Shown here one piece after another: positions 1 to 10,156 of a DNA stretch of 64,000 nt. Both the position numbers and the translations under genes were made by a program. Source of the stretch: Alphaproteobacteria bacterium. GTDB taxonomy: Bacteria > Pseudomonadota > Alphaproteobacteria > JAAXGF01. The DNA lies in assembly GCA_963555825.3 (NCBI GenBank), contig CAUVXB020000001.1:2048001-2112000 (forward strand), given 5' to 3'. The notes below the pieces were generated by a model. That model saw nothing but the letters and a program-made list of their open reading frames with translations, searched no databases and was not told the DNA's origin. Numbering within the stretch: position 1 is the first letter of the stretch; every line of letters starts with the position of its first letter.

Positions 1-134
1 GGAGAGCCCAGCCTATACGCCGATTCGATGGGTATTTCCAGCCCGTTTCGCCCACGCCACCGCCCGCCCAGGACTTATATGGCTATCTTCGAACGCGATG
101 TCAGCACCGTCGCCCAGCCGGGTTTGACAGCCGT

Positions 135-1529
135 TTAGACCGGAACGCTATCGTGTCCCACGGCGGCCTGTGCGGGCACGGGCTCGGCAACGGGATCGCG
201 CATGGTGACGAACTCCTCGGCCGAGGTCGGGTGGATGCCCACGGTGGCGTCGAACTGGGCCTTGGTCGCGCCGCATTTGACCGCGATGCCGATGCCCTGA
301 ATGATCTCGCCCGCGTCGGGGCCGACCATGTGGACGCCGACGACCCGGTCCGACGCGCGGTCGACGATCAGCTTCATCAGCGTCTTCTCGTCGCGCCCGC
401 CGAGCGTGTGCTTCATCGCCCGGAAGTGCGAGCGGTAGACGTCGACCGCGCCATGGGTCTCGCGCGCCTGGCTCTCGGTCAGCCCGACCGTGCCGATGGC
501 CGGCTGGCTGAACACGGTCGACGCCACGTCGGCGTGATCGGGCCGGGTCGGGGCGCCGCCAAACACCGTGTCGGCGACCGCATGGCCCTCCTTGATCGCC
601 ACCGGCGTCAGGTTGACGCGGTCGGTGACGTCGCCGACGGCGTAGATGTTGTCGACCGACGTCTTGGAGTATGCGTCGACGACGATGGCGCCCTTGGCGT
701 TCAGCGCGACGCCGGCGTTCTCGAGACCGATATTCGCGGTCAGCGGCGCCCGGCCGGTGGCGTACATGATGCAGTCGGCATCGATCGTCGCGCCGTCCTC
801 GAGTGTCGCGCGCAGCGCGCCGTCGGCCTGCTCGATGCCGGCGATGTTGGCGTTGAAGCACAGCTCGATGCCCTTCTTGGCCATCTCCTCGGCGAGCGTG
901 GCGCGCACGTCCTGGTCGAAACCGCGCAGGAACAACGGCCCGCGGTAGAGCTGGGTGACCCGCGCGCCGAGGCCGTGGAAGATGCCGGCGAACTCGACCG
1001 CGATGTAGCCGCCGCCGACCACGACAACCCGCTCGGGCAGGCCGTCCAGGAAGAACGCCTCGTTCGAGGTGATCGCGTACTCGGCGCCGGGTACGTCGGG
1101 CTTGGCCGGCCAGCCGCCGACCGCGACCAGGATTGTATCGGCGCTAAAGGTCTGCTCGCCGACCGCAACGGTATGCGCATCGACCAGATCGGCGTGGCCG
1201 TCGAAGACGTCGACGCCACTGGCCTCCAGCATGCGCGCATAGACGGTGTTGAGCCGCTCGATTTCGCTGTTCTTGTTGGCGATCAACCGCGCCCAGTCGA
1301 AGCGGCGCTCGCCGACGGTCCAGCCGAAGCCGGCGGCGTCCTCGAAATCCTCGCCGAAGTGCGAGGCATAGACCAACAGCTTCTTGGGCACGCAGCCGAC
1401 ATTGACGCAGGTGCCGCCGAGATAGCGCTCCTCGGCCACCGCCACCTTGGCGCCATGGCCGCCCGCGATGCGCGCCGCGCGCACACCACCCGACCCGCCG
1501 CCGATGACGAAGAAATCGTAGTCTGCCAT
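135..1529 (-). CDS. gor: glutathione-disulfide reductase
   Basis: GGGSGG FAD motif, redox disulfide [14 protein letters not shown]-terminal IHPTSAEE. Confidence 0.95.
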   Translation of the reverse strand: MADYDFFVIGGGSGGVRAARIAGGHGAKVAVAEERYLGGTCVNVGCVPKKLLVYASHFGEDFEDAAGFGWTVGERRFDWARLIANKNSEIERLNTVYARMLEASGVDVFDGHADLVDAHTVAVGEQTFSADTILVAVGGWPAKPDVPGAEYAITSNEAFFLDGLPERVVVVGGGYIAVEFAGIFHGLGARVTQLYRGPLFLRGFDQDVRATLAEEMAKKGIELCFNANIAGIEQADGALRATLEDGATIDADCIMYATGRAPLTANIGLENAGVALNAKGAIVVDAYSKTSVDNIYAVGDVTDRVNLTPVAIKEGHAVADTVFGGAPTRPDHADVASTVFSQPAIGTVGLTESQARETHGAVDVYRSHFRAMKHTLGGRDEKTLMKLIVDRASDRVVGVHMVGPDAGEIIQGIGIAVKCGATKAQFDATVGIHPTSAEEFVTMRDPVAEPVPAQAAVGHDSVPV

Positions 1530-1600
1530 GGATATTGCCTCTTATTCTCGGGGAGCGCTTGAACGCGACGTAGGGATCGTCGCGTGTGAATCAACGCGTG

Positions 1601-2959
1601 TCATGCGGTCGCGCCGGCGTCGATGCGCATCTCGTAGGCGCGCCATCGTCGGATGAGGAACGCCACCATCACGGCCGCCTGCAGAAACACCGGCAGGATC
1701 GCAATCAGCGGGTCGGCCCATGGTACGGGCAGGAACACGGGAAGCGCCGCGTCGCCATCGAAAACCTTCAAGAGCATCGGCACCAGCCCATAGAGCACCA
1801 GCCAATAGACCACCGCAGCCAAGTCCGCCCGTCGCGCGACGCGGCCGAGATGGAGGCTGAGCAGCAGCGCGATGTCGCGCGTCAGGAACAAGACAGCGGC
1901 GACGACGAACGTCATCTGGATGTCGCGGCTGGCGTCCGCGGCCTGTGTGATCGCGACCGCCACGGCTAGCGCGCTGCCCAAGGCAAGGCCATAGGTGATC
2001 ATCCAGAGTGGCAGGTTCTCGAGCGCCGTGCGGAATTCGGCGGCGCGCAGCGCGCCGAGCATGCGCCGAACCGCGACGACGTCTTTAGATTCGAACAGCA
2101 TGCCGACATAGTTGAGCGCGAAAATGACGGCGGTGAAGACCGCCACGCGAACAACCGTCGATTCCAGGGCGGCCGTCTCGTCGGCGTCCATGAGGCCGAC
2201 GACGTAGAGACCGAGGAAGAGACAGAACAACGGCCAGACCCAGGGCTTGCCGGCGAGCTGCAGCTCGGCGCGCATCACCCGGTAGACGCCGAACACGGCC
2301 CACAAGGCGAAGGCGACCGTCGAATTGACGGCGAAGGTCGCCGGCACGACGAGGACACCGTGCCAACGGCCGTAGAGGCCGTCATCGAACGCCCCAACCG
2401 CACCGTAAACCAACGAGATCATGGCCAAGCCGGCGAGTTGGAAGAGCGTGACGTTCAAGCGCCTTCCGACCACGTGGCCGCGCACCGACAACAGACTGAT
2501 CAGCAAGCCACCCGCCTGGCAGAGAACGCCGACCGCGAGATAGGTCACGGCGGACGTCATGATCGATTCGAGGCTTTCGTGGCCGATACGCGCGAGCGCG
2601 AAGACCGCGAGCGCGATCAGGCCGCCGTACCATGTGAACACCGTGCTGCCGAACAGCTTGCCGACGGTCATCGCCCAGGGCCCGACCGCGGTCAGCTTCT
2701 GGTCGTCCCAGGTGCGGTCCCTGATCTCCTCGACAACCGCGCCGGCGGCGAGCCGCCCGCCCCACATCACGACGATCAATCCATAGGCGACGAGCGCGAC
2801 GTCGGCCACGGTCGACGCCGCCTCGGCGTTGCCCAGCGCGAGTGAGCCACCCTTAAGGGCATAGGCGAGGATGAACACGGCGGCGAGCACGACCGGCATT
2901 GCGATCAATCGGTGTGTCGACAGCTCGAGCCATAGATTGCGGCGCAGCTCGGGGTTCAT
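1601..2959 (-). CDS. multi-pass membrane protein, putative ABC exporter permease
   Basis: About 12 hydrophobic segments; MNPELRRNLWLEL N-terminus; ATGA overlap with the upstream ABC ATPase. Confidence 0.7.
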   Translation of the reverse strand: MNPELRRNLWLELSTHRLIAMPVVLAAVFILAYALKGGSLALGNAEAASTVADVALVAYGLIVVMWGGRLAAGAVVEEIRDRTWDDQKLTAVGPWAMTVGKLFGSTVFTWYGGLIALAVFALARIGHESLESIMTSAVTYLAVGVLCQAGGLLISLLSVRGHVVGRRLNVTLFQLAGLAMISLVYGAVGAFDDGLYGRWHGVLVVPATFAVNSTVAFALWAVFGVYRVMRAELQLAGKPWVWPLFCLFLGLYVVGLMDADETAALESTVVRVAVFTAVIFALNYVGMLFESKDVVAVRRMLGALRAAEFRTALENLPLWMITYGLALGSALAVAVAITQAADASRDIQMTFVVAAVLFLTRDIALLLSLHLGRVARRADLAAVVYWLVLYGLVPMLLKVFDGDAALPVFLPVPWADPLIAILPVFLQAAVMVAFLIRRWRAYEMRIDAGATA

Positions 2960-3900
2960 CGCCCACCCCCTTCGTCGCCGTTCCGGCGCATGCGGGCGAG
3001 GTAGAGGTCGTGCATGCGCGCGCGATCCTCGGCGAACTCCACAACCGCAATATCGGCATCGAGCAGGTGCCTCAACAGCCGCCCGCGCGTCTCGGCGTCG
3101 GGGGCGATCGAGACGGTCGCCGTGGTTCCCTCGACCACGGCGTCGCTCGCGCCGTCGAACGCCGCCAGCACGCCCGGCAGCCGCGTATCGGGCGCGGCAA
3201 GCTCGATCCTGACCACTGTTGTCGCGGCATCGCGTGCATCGAGCCTTCGGTGGTCGATAACCCGGCCGTCGTCGATCATCAGCACGTCGGTCGAGTAGTC
3301 CTCGAGCTCGGACAGGATGTGCGAGGACACGATGAGCGTGATGCCGTTGCGGCTCAGCTCGACCAGCAGCTTCGAGAGCGACAGGCGCGCGCCGGGATCG
3401 AGGCCGGACGCCGGTTCGTCGAGCAACAGAATTCGGGGCTCATGCACCAGCGCCTGAGCGATCGCCAGGCCCTGCCGTTGGCCGCGCGACAGCGCGCCGG
3501 CCTTCTGGTCGAGCAGCGCGCCGATGTGGAGCCGCTCGGCGGCGAGCGCGACGGCCCGGTCGATATTCTCCGGCGCAACGCCCTGCGCGGCGGCGCGGTA
3601 GGTCAGGCACTGGCGCGCGGTGAGGTCCTCGTAGAGGCCGAAGAAGTCGGAGAGATAGCCGATCCTCCGGTGACATTCGCGCGGGTCGTCCGAGACGTCG
3701 ATGCCGTCGACCGTGATCGTGCCGTCGTAGGACCGCGCCAGGGCCGCGACGCAACGCAGCAGCGTCGTCTTACCCGCCCCGTTGGGGCCGACGAGCGCTG
3801 TGATCGTATCGGGCGCGACGTCGACCGACACGCCGTTGAGCGCGCGCTTGCCGGGATACTCGAAGACCAGATTGTCGACCCGGATCACCGGCTCAGCCAC
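2956..3900 (-). CDS. ABC transporter ATP-binding protein (ABC-2 type)
   Basis: Walker A GPNGAGKT, LSRGQRQ signature, LLLDEP, SSHIL. Confidence 0.93.
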   Translation of the reverse strand: MAEPVIRVDNLVFEYPGKRALNGVSVDVAPDTITALVGPNGAGKTTLLRCVAALARSYDGTITVDGIDVSDDPRECHRRIGYLSDFFGLYEDLTARQCLTYRAAAQGVAPENIDRAVALAAERLHIGALLDQKAGALSRGQRQGLAIAQALVHEPRILLLDEPASGLDPGARLSLSKLLVELSRNGITLIVSSHILSELEDYSTDVLMIDDGRVIDHRRLDARDAATTVVRIELAAPDTRLPGVLAAFDGASDAVVEGTTATVSIAPDAETRGRLLRHLLDADIAVVEFAEDRARMHDLYLARMRRNGDEGGGR

Positions 3901-3987
3901 GGCGCAGCCCTTCGTTCATGTGCATCGAATAGCATTGGGGACGGATAACGAACCCGCCCCCTGCTGGTCCCCTCGATTGGCTTCGGT

Positions 3988-5445
3988 CTATAGGTCGACA
4001 CCGCCCATGCACATGTATTTGACCTCGAGAAACTCGTCGAGGCCGTGGTGCGCGCCCTCGCGGCCGATGCCCGATTCCTTCATGCCGCCGAACGGCGCCA
4101 CCTCGGTCGAGATGATGCCCTCGTTGATGCCGACGATGCCGTATTCCAGCCCCTCGGCGACGCGCCAGATGCGGCCGATGTCGCGGCTGTAGAAGTAGGC
4201 CGCGAGGCCGAACTCGGTGTCGTTGGCGAGCCGGATCGCCTCGTCCTCGGTCGAAAAGCGGAACAGCGGCGCGACCGGGCCGAAGGTCTCCTCGCGGGCG
4301 ACCTTCATCTGGGTGTCGACGTCGGCCAGCACGGTCGGCTCGAAGAAGGTCCCGCCCAGTTCGTGGCGCTTGCCGCCGGCGATGACGCGGGCGCCCTTGG
4401 CGACGGCGTCCTCGATATGCTCCTCGACCTTGTCGACGGCGGCGGAGTCGATCAGCGGCCCCTGCTGGGTCTCGCCCTTGAGGCCGTCGCCGACGACTAG
4501 CTTGTTGGCCGCGTCGGCCAGCTTCTCGCTGAACTCGTCGTAGACGTTGTCCTGGATCAGGAAGCGGTTGGCGCAGACGCAGGTCTGCCCGGTGTTGCGG
4601 TACTTCGAGGCCATGGCGCCGGCGATCGCGGCGTCCATCTGGGCGTCGTCGAAGACGATGAACGGCGCATTGCCGCCCAACTCCATCGAAACCTTCTTCA
4701 CGGTGCGCGCCGACTGCTCCATGAGCATCTTGCCGACCTCGGTCGAGCCGGTGAAGGTGATCTTGCGGACGATCGGGTTCGAGGTCATCTCGCCGCCGAT
4801 CGCGCCGGCCGATCCGGTGACGACGCTGAACACGCCGGCCGGCACGCCGGCGCGCTCGGCCAGCTCGGCGAGCGCGGTCGCCGAATAGGGCGTCGCGGTC
4901 GCCGGCTTGGCGACGATGGTGCAGCCGGCGGCGAGCGCCGGACCGACTTTTCTGGTGATCATCGCCGAGGGGAAGTTCCACGGCGTGATCGAGGCGACGA
5001 CGCCGACCGGTTCCTTGGTGACGATGATGCGCCGGTCGCCGACGGTCTGCGGGATGACGTCGCCATAGGCGCGCTTGCCTTCTTCCGCGAACCACTCGAG
5101 GAACGACGCGGCATAGGCGATCTCGCCGCGCGATTCGGCCATCGGCTTGCCCTGCTCGGCGGTCATCAGCACGGCGAGGTCATCGAGGTTGGCGAGCATC
5201 AGCTCGAACCACTTGCGCAGCACGCCGGCGCGTTCCTTGGCGGTCTTGGCGCGCCACGCCGGATAGGCCGCGTCGGCCGCCTCGATGGCGCGCCGCGTCT
5301 CGTCGGCGCCCAAGCGGGGCACCGTGCCGATGGTCTCGCCGGTAGCCGGATTGGTGACGTCGACGGTCGCGCCCGTATCGGCGTCGACCCATGCGCCGTC
5401 GATATAGCATTGCTGACGGAACAGGCTGCTGTCCTGCAGTTTCAT
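3988..5445 (-). CDS. gabD: NAD(P)-dependent succinate-semialdehyde dehydrogenase
   Basis: ITPWNFP, FTGSTEVG, MELGGNAP, RNTGQTCVC, EETFGP motifs. Confidence 0.93.
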   Translation of the reverse strand: MKLQDSSLFRQQCYIDGAWVDADTGATVDVTNPATGETIGTVPRLGADETRRAIEAADAAYPAWRAKTAKERAGVLRKWFELMLANLDDLAVLMTAEQGKPMAESRGEIAYAASFLEWFAEEGKRAYGDVIPQTVGDRRIIVTKEPVGVVASITPWNFPSAMITRKVGPALAAGCTIVAKPATATPYSATALAELAERAGVPAGVFSVVTGSAGAIGGEMTSNPIVRKITFTGSTEVGKMLMEQSARTVKKVSMELGGNAPFIVFDDAQMDAAIAGAMASKYRNTGQTCVCANRFLIQDNVYDEFSEKLADAANKLVVGDGLKGETQQGPLIDSAAVDKVEEHIEDAVAKGARVIAGGKRHELGGTFFEPTVLADVDTQMKVAREETFGPVAPLFRFSTEDEAIRLANDTEFGLAAYFYSRDIGRIWRVAEGLEYGIVGINEGIISTEVAPFGGMKESGIGREGAHHGLDEFLEVKYMCMGGVDL

Positions 5446-5573
5446 GGCGATCTCCCTGGAACCTAAGTTCGGCCGCGCGCCGCTGCCGCGTGCCGGAATG
5501 GATGTGTGCCCCCAATATAGTCGCGCCCAAGCGTCCCGCCAAGACCGGGAAGATCACCGGCAACGGCGCCATC

Positions 5574-5635
5574 GGGTTGGGGCGTGGGGAAGGGCGAGCC
5601 CTTCCCCACCGCGAACGCCGCCTTGGCGGCGTCGA
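5574..5635 (+). repeat. 62-bp double-hairpin palindromic repeat, copy 1
   Basis: Hairpins GGGGAAGGG-cgag-CCCTTCCCC and GCCGCC-tt-GGCGGC; 54/62 identical to the reverse complement of 38359-38420. Confidence 0.8.
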
Positions 5636-5836
5636 CAACGGCACGGGCCTGGCGCCGACCAGATGGTCGCCAGCGCGCTGCGCTACCGCAGCCAAGCGCC
5701 CCCGATCGACGGGCTGATGAAGGAGATTGGCCTTTCGGGCGTCGATCTTGCCGGCCTCGCCGGCGGCCTCACCGGCCAACTTGCGAACGGCCACGACACC
5801 GCGCCCACCGGCGACGACAGCGTCGCCGCCGAGTAA
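5628..5836 (+). pseudogene. C-terminal remnant of a flotillin/YqiK-family gene
   Basis: Reads GVDNGTGLA/DQMVASALRYRSQAPPIDGLMKEIGLSG... with one frameshift near 5653, resembling the YqiK/flotillin tail (LA.Q...ALRYR.QAPLID.L..EIG); no N-terminal part present. Confidence 0.65.
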
Positions 5837-5854
5837 GGCCCGCCGACGGCGACC

Positions 5855-5910
5855 ACCCCTACTCCACCGTCACTGACTTGGCGAGGTTGCGGGGCTGGTC
5901 GACGTCGGTG
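5855..5910 (-). repeat. displaced duplicate of the glmS 3' end (TDVDQPRNLAKSVTVE*)
   Basis: 52/56 identical to 6760-6815; all 4 differences are synonymous third positions. Confidence 0.95.
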
Positions 5911-6070
5911 TCAATCCTCGCGGCCGCGCCATCATACCTTTTCGACGACGAGAAAGAGCAACCCGTGGTTAGATTTATTGCCATTGAAATGTTGCAATGG
6001 GACGCTAGTAAGAATATGCATTAAGTGCAACGGTGAGTTCGTATCGTAGTATTGTGCTAGAGGAAGATTC

Positions 6071-6631
6071 ATGCAAGCTCTCCGAGACGAACTTCTTGAA
6101 ACTCAAAAAGCTAGGACGAGTCTTACCAGATGGAAGATTGTCATTATCGCGGCGACCGGCGCGGCCGCCTTTAAGATTGGAGGTTTAGAGTTCGAGTTCG
6201 ACAACCGTGTTTTACTCGTCTTACTCCCTGTTATGTGTGTCTATGTCGATGGACTCATTTTCCATTATGCTTGGCGCGTCAAAGAAATCGGTTATTTCGT
6301 GCCGGTCTACTCAACGCCAGGACCGAACTGGGAATATTTGAGAGACTACGAAGTATGGCTCCGTCACAAGAAAGTCAGGGAACCTTTCAAATACCGGATT
6401 GAGGAATTTGCGGTAGCCTGGGCTACATACGTGGTTTGCTCGTTAGTATTTCTTGCTGGTCTGGTATTTCGTGATCTTGCGCTTGAAATACAAATATCCT
6501 TGTGGCTCTCGAGCCTGTTGGGGCTCATTACGAAGTATGTCAAACATCGATACGCCAAGAAATTGGTTGAGCTTGAATCCGAACCATATGAGCGACCGGA
6601 CAGCAAGTCGATCGACACTGATTCTGGATAA
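6071..6631 (+). CDS. AT-rich 4-TM membrane protein of unknown function (islet cargo)
   Basis: 186-aa ORF with GAGGA RBS, four hydrophobic helices, much lower GC than its flanks. Confidence 0.75.
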   Translation: MQALRDELLETQKARTSLTRWKIVIIAATGAAAFKIGGLEFEFDNRVLLVLLPVMCVYVDGLIFHYAWRVKEIGYFVPVYSTPGPNWEYLRDYEVWLRHKKVREPFKYRIEEFAVAWATYVVCSLVFLAGLVFRDLALEIQISLWLSSLLGLITKYVKHRYAKKLVELESEPYERPDSKSIDTDSG

Positions 6632-6763
6632 TTGCGCTTAAATTGACGTTCTCGGGTGTTTCGACCGGTGTGACCCACCCGGGTCTCGTTGCGGTGGGGT
6701 AGTCGAATATCCGTTAGGATAGCAAAAGCGATCTGCGACACCGACCAGAGGCGAACTATACCC

Positions 6764-8587
6764 CTACTCCACCGTCACCGACTTCGCCAGATTGCGGGGC
6801 TGGTCGACGTCGGTGCCGCGGATGACCGCAGTGTGATAGGCCAGGAGCTGCACCGGGATGGCGTAGAGGATCGGCGCGACGAAGGGGTCGACGGTGGGCA
6901 ACTCGATGGTCGCGGCGGCGAGATCGCCGAGTTGCGCGACGCCGCGGGCGTCGCTCAGGAACACGACATGAGCGCCGCGCGCGACGACCTCCTGCATGTT
7001 CGACGCGGTCTTCTCGAACAATGGGTCCGACGGCGCGACGACGATCACCGGCACGCCCTCGTCGATAAGCGCGATCGGCCCGTGCTTGAGTTCGCCGGCG
7101 GCGAAGCCCTCGGCGTGAATGTACGACAGCTCCTTGAGCTTGAGCGCGCCCTCGAGTGCGATCGGATAGCCGGTGCCCCGGCCGATGTAGATGACGTCCT
7201 GGGCGCGCGCGATTTCCTGCGCCAGCGCCTGAAGCCGTTCGTCGTGGTTGAGCACCTCGGCGGCGCGCGCCGGCACCTCGGCGAGCGCGGCCGAGAGCCG
7301 CGCGACGTCGTCCGCCCCGATCGCGCCGCGGGCGCGCGCGGCGACCAGCGCGAAGCAGGCCAGCGCGACCAACTGCGTGGTGAACGCCTTGGTCGAGGCG
7401 ACGCCGATCTCGGGTCCGGCGTGGATCTTCAGCACGAGATCGGATTCGCGCGCCATTGTGCTCTCGTCGACATTGACCAGCGAGACGATGTGCTGGCCCT
7501 GCTGGCGCGCATAGCGTAGCGCGGCCAGGGTGTCGGCGGTCTCGCCCGACTGCGAGATGAACAGCGCCAGGCCCCCCGCCGGCATCGGCGCGGCGCGGTA
7601 GCGGAACTCCGAGGCGATGTCGATCTCGACCGGCAGACGCGCCGTCTTCTCGAGCCAGTATTTGGCGATCAGCCCGGCAAGATACGACGTGCCGCAGGCG
7701 ACGATCGTCACCTTGGGCAGGGCGGCAAGATCGAACGACAGCGCGGGAAGCTGAACCTCGCCCGTCGCCGGGTGATAGAAACTGCCCAGCGTATCGCCGA
7801 TCACCGCCGGCTGCTCATAGATCTCCTTGAGCATGAAGTGACGGTAGTTGCCCTTGCCGATGGCCGCGCCGGATTGCGCGGTCAGATGAATCTCGCGCTC
7901 GACGATCGTGTCGCTGGCATCGCGAAATACCGCCCCGCCGTGGGTCAGCGCGACCCAATCGCCCTCCTCGAGGAAGGCGATGCGCTTGGTCAGCGGCGCC
8001 AGCGCCATGGTGTCCGAGCCCAGGAACATCTCGCCGTCGCCATAGCCGATGGCGAGCGGGGCGCCGCGGCGCGCGCCGACGATCAAGCCGTCCGCGCCGG
8101 TGAACAGGATGCCGAGCGCGAAGGCGCCCTCGAGACGCTTGAGCGCGCGCGCCGTCGCGTCCTCGGGCGAGGCGCCTTCTTCGAGGTAGTGGGTGATCAG
8201 ATGCGCGACGACCTCGGTGTCGGTGTCGGACTCGAAGACGCAGCCCTCGGCGGCGAGCTCGTCGCGCAGCGCCTGGAAGTTTTCGATGATGCCGTTGTGG
8301 ACGACGGCGACGCGCGGCGTCGTGTGCGGGTGCGCGTTGACCGTGGTCGGCGCGCCGTGCGTCGCCCAGCGGGTATGGCCGATGCCGACCTTGCCGTCGA
8401 GCGGGTCGCCGTCGAGCAGTGCTTCGAGCGCGGCGATCTTGCCCTCGCTGCGGCGCCGTTCGATATGGCCGTCGACGATGGTCGCAACGCCGGCCGAATC
8501 GTAACCGCGGTATTCGAGCCGCTTGAGGCCGTCGATCAGGAGGGGCGTTGCGGGCTCCTTGCCGATCACGCCGAGAATGCCGCACAT
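6764..8587 (-). CDS. glmS: glutamine--fructose-6-phosphate transaminase
   Basis: MCGI N-terminus, GHTRWATHG, SQSGET, C-terminal PRNLAKSVTVE. Confidence 0.98.
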   Translation of the reverse strand: MCGILGVIGKEPATPLLIDGLKRLEYRGYDSAGVATIVDGHIERRRSEGKIAALEALLDGDPLDGKVGIGHTRWATHGAPTTVNAHPHTTPRVAVVHNGIIENFQALRDELAAEGCVFESDTDTEVVAHLITHYLEEGASPEDATARALKRLEGAFALGILFTGADGLIVGARRGAPLAIGYGDGEMFLGSDTMALAPLTKRIAFLEEGDWVALTHGGAVFRDASDTIVEREIHLTAQSGAAIGKGNYRHFMLKEIYEQPAVIGDTLGSFYHPATGEVQLPALSFDLAALPKVTIVACGTSYLAGLIAKYWLEKTARLPVEIDIASEFRYRAAPMPAGGLALFISQSGETADTLAALRYARQQGQHIVSLVNVDESTMARESDLVLKIHAGPEIGVASTKAFTTQLVALACFALVAARARGAIGADDVARLSAALAEVPARAAEVLNHDERLQALAQEIARAQDVIYIGRGTGYPIALEGALKLKELSYIHAEGFAAGELKHGPIALIDEGVPVIVVAPSDPLFEKTASNMQEVVARGAHVVFLSDARGVAQLGDLAAATIELPTVDPFVAPILYAIPVQLLAYHTAVIRGTDVDQPRNLAKSVTVE

Positions 8588-8593
8588 GCCGTG

Positions 8594-9952
8594 TCAGTCC
8601 TTTCGCTTCTTGCCATCGGCCTGCGCCTTGGCCTCGTGGATACGTTTTGCCCATCCCTCGCGCGTCTCCAGGGGGGCGCGTGTCAGCGCCAGCGCGTCGC
8701 CCGGCACGTCGCGGGTGATCACGCTGCCGGCGCCGATGACGGCGCCGTCGCCGATCGTGACCGGCGCGACCAGCGCCGCGTTCGAGCCGATGAACGCGTC
8801 CGCGCCGATGTCGGTGTGCGACTTCTTCACGCCGTCGTAGTTGCAGGTGATGGTGCCGGCGCCGACGTTGGCGCCCGCGCCCAGCCGGGCGTCGCCGAGA
8901 TAGGACAGATGCATGACCTTGGCGCCCGCCTCGATGGTGGCGTTCTTGACCTCGACGAAGTTGCCGATGCGGGCCCCGGTGGCAATCTCGGCGCCCCGCC
9001 GGAGCCGCGCAAAGGGGCCGACGGTCACGCCGTCGCCGAGTTGCGCGCTCCCGAGATGCGAAAAGGCACCGATACGGACGTCCGAGCCGACGCGCACGCC
9101 GGGGCCGAACACGACGTTGGGCTCGACCACGACGTCCTGGCCGAACGTCGTGTCGAAGCTCAAATGCACGCTGGCGGGATCGATCAGCGTGACCCCGCCG
9201 GCCATCGCCCGGGCACGCAGGTTCTGTTGCACATGGGCCTCGGCGGCTGCCAGGTCTTCGCGCGAATCGATGCCGATGAGTTCCTCGGCCGGCGCCTCGA
9301 CGTAGCCGCAGGGCTCGCCGTCGGCGCGCGCCAAGGCGACCACTTCTGTCAGGTAATATTCATTCTTGGCGTTGTCGTTGCCGACCCGGCCGAGCAGATC
9401 GAACAGCCGGGCGCGATCGGCCACCATGGTGCCGGCGTTGCACAGCGGGATGGCGAGTTCGTCGTCGCTCGCGTCGCGCGCCTCGACGATGCGATCGAGG
9501 CCGCCGGCACCGTCGGTGACGAGCCGCGCATAGGCGCCCGGGTCATCGGGCCGCATACCGATGACGACGATGGCGGGCGCCGGCTCGGCGCGCCGCACTG
9601 CCAGAGCGGCATCGATCGTCGCGGCGCTGATCAACGGGTCGGCACCGAACAGGACGACGACGTCGCCGTCGAAATCGGCGAGCGCGTCGCGCGCCGCGAG
9701 CACCGCGTGTCCGGTGCCGAGCGGCGCGTCCTGAACGACCGTCTCGGCCGGCGCCGCCGCTTCGCTCACGGCCGCCATGTCGGGACCGACGACGACCGCG
9801 ACCCGCGCGGGTGCGAGCGTCGCGACGGTCGCCAGCAAATGGCCGATCATCGGCCGTCCGGCGATCTGATGCATGACCTTGGGAAGCCGGGATTTCATGC
9901 GCGTGCCGATACCGGCGGCGAGCACGATCGCGGCGAAATTACGTTCAGACAT
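8594..9952 (-). CDS. glmU: bifunctional UDP-GlcNAc pyrophosphorylase/glucosamine-1-P N-acetyltransferase
   Basis: LAAGIGTRMKS..PKVMH, GTITCNYDG, hexapeptide repeats; start set at ATG 9952; upstream of glmS. Confidence 0.96.
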   Translation of the reverse strand: MSERNFAAIVLAAGIGTRMKSRLPKVMHQIAGRPMIGHLLATVATLAPARVAVVVGPDMAAVSEAAAPAETVVQDAPLGTGHAVLAARDALADFDGDVVVLFGADPLISAATIDAALAVRRAEPAPAIVVIGMRPDDPGAYARLVTDGAGGLDRIVEARDASDDELAIPLCNAGTMVADRARLFDLLGRVGNDNAKNEYYLTEVVALARADGEPCGYVEAPAEELIGIDSREDLAAAEAHVQQNLRARAMAGGVTLIDPASVHLSFDTTFGQDVVVEPNVVFGPGVRVGSDVRIGAFSHLGSAQLGDGVTVGPFARLRRGAEIATGARIGNFVEVKNATIEAGAKVMHLSYLGDARLGAGANVGAGTITCNYDGVKKSHTDIGADAFIGSNAALVAPVTIGDGAVIGAGSVITRDVPGDALALTRAPLETREGWAKRIHEAKAQADGKKRKD

Positions 9953-10156
9953 TGATGACCAGTGCGACGAAGACCTGTGATGCGCTCGATTTCGCGCGAC
10001 CATGCCACAACTCGGGCCGACGCGCCAAATCACGAATTGTTACCGGTTGTGCCGAAAATATACCATTGCTTAACAAAGTATTACGCCGCTATTCTAAAGT
10101 CACGAAATAGATACCCGCGCACGGCAAACGCGACCGCCGCGGGGTACCTGCTTGGC

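Noticed and set aside
5911-6759. Intact Tn7 or CAST at attTn7
   Set aside because: No tns or cas genes, no TnsB repeat arrays and no 5-bp direct TSD; only a TGT at +24 from the glmS stop.
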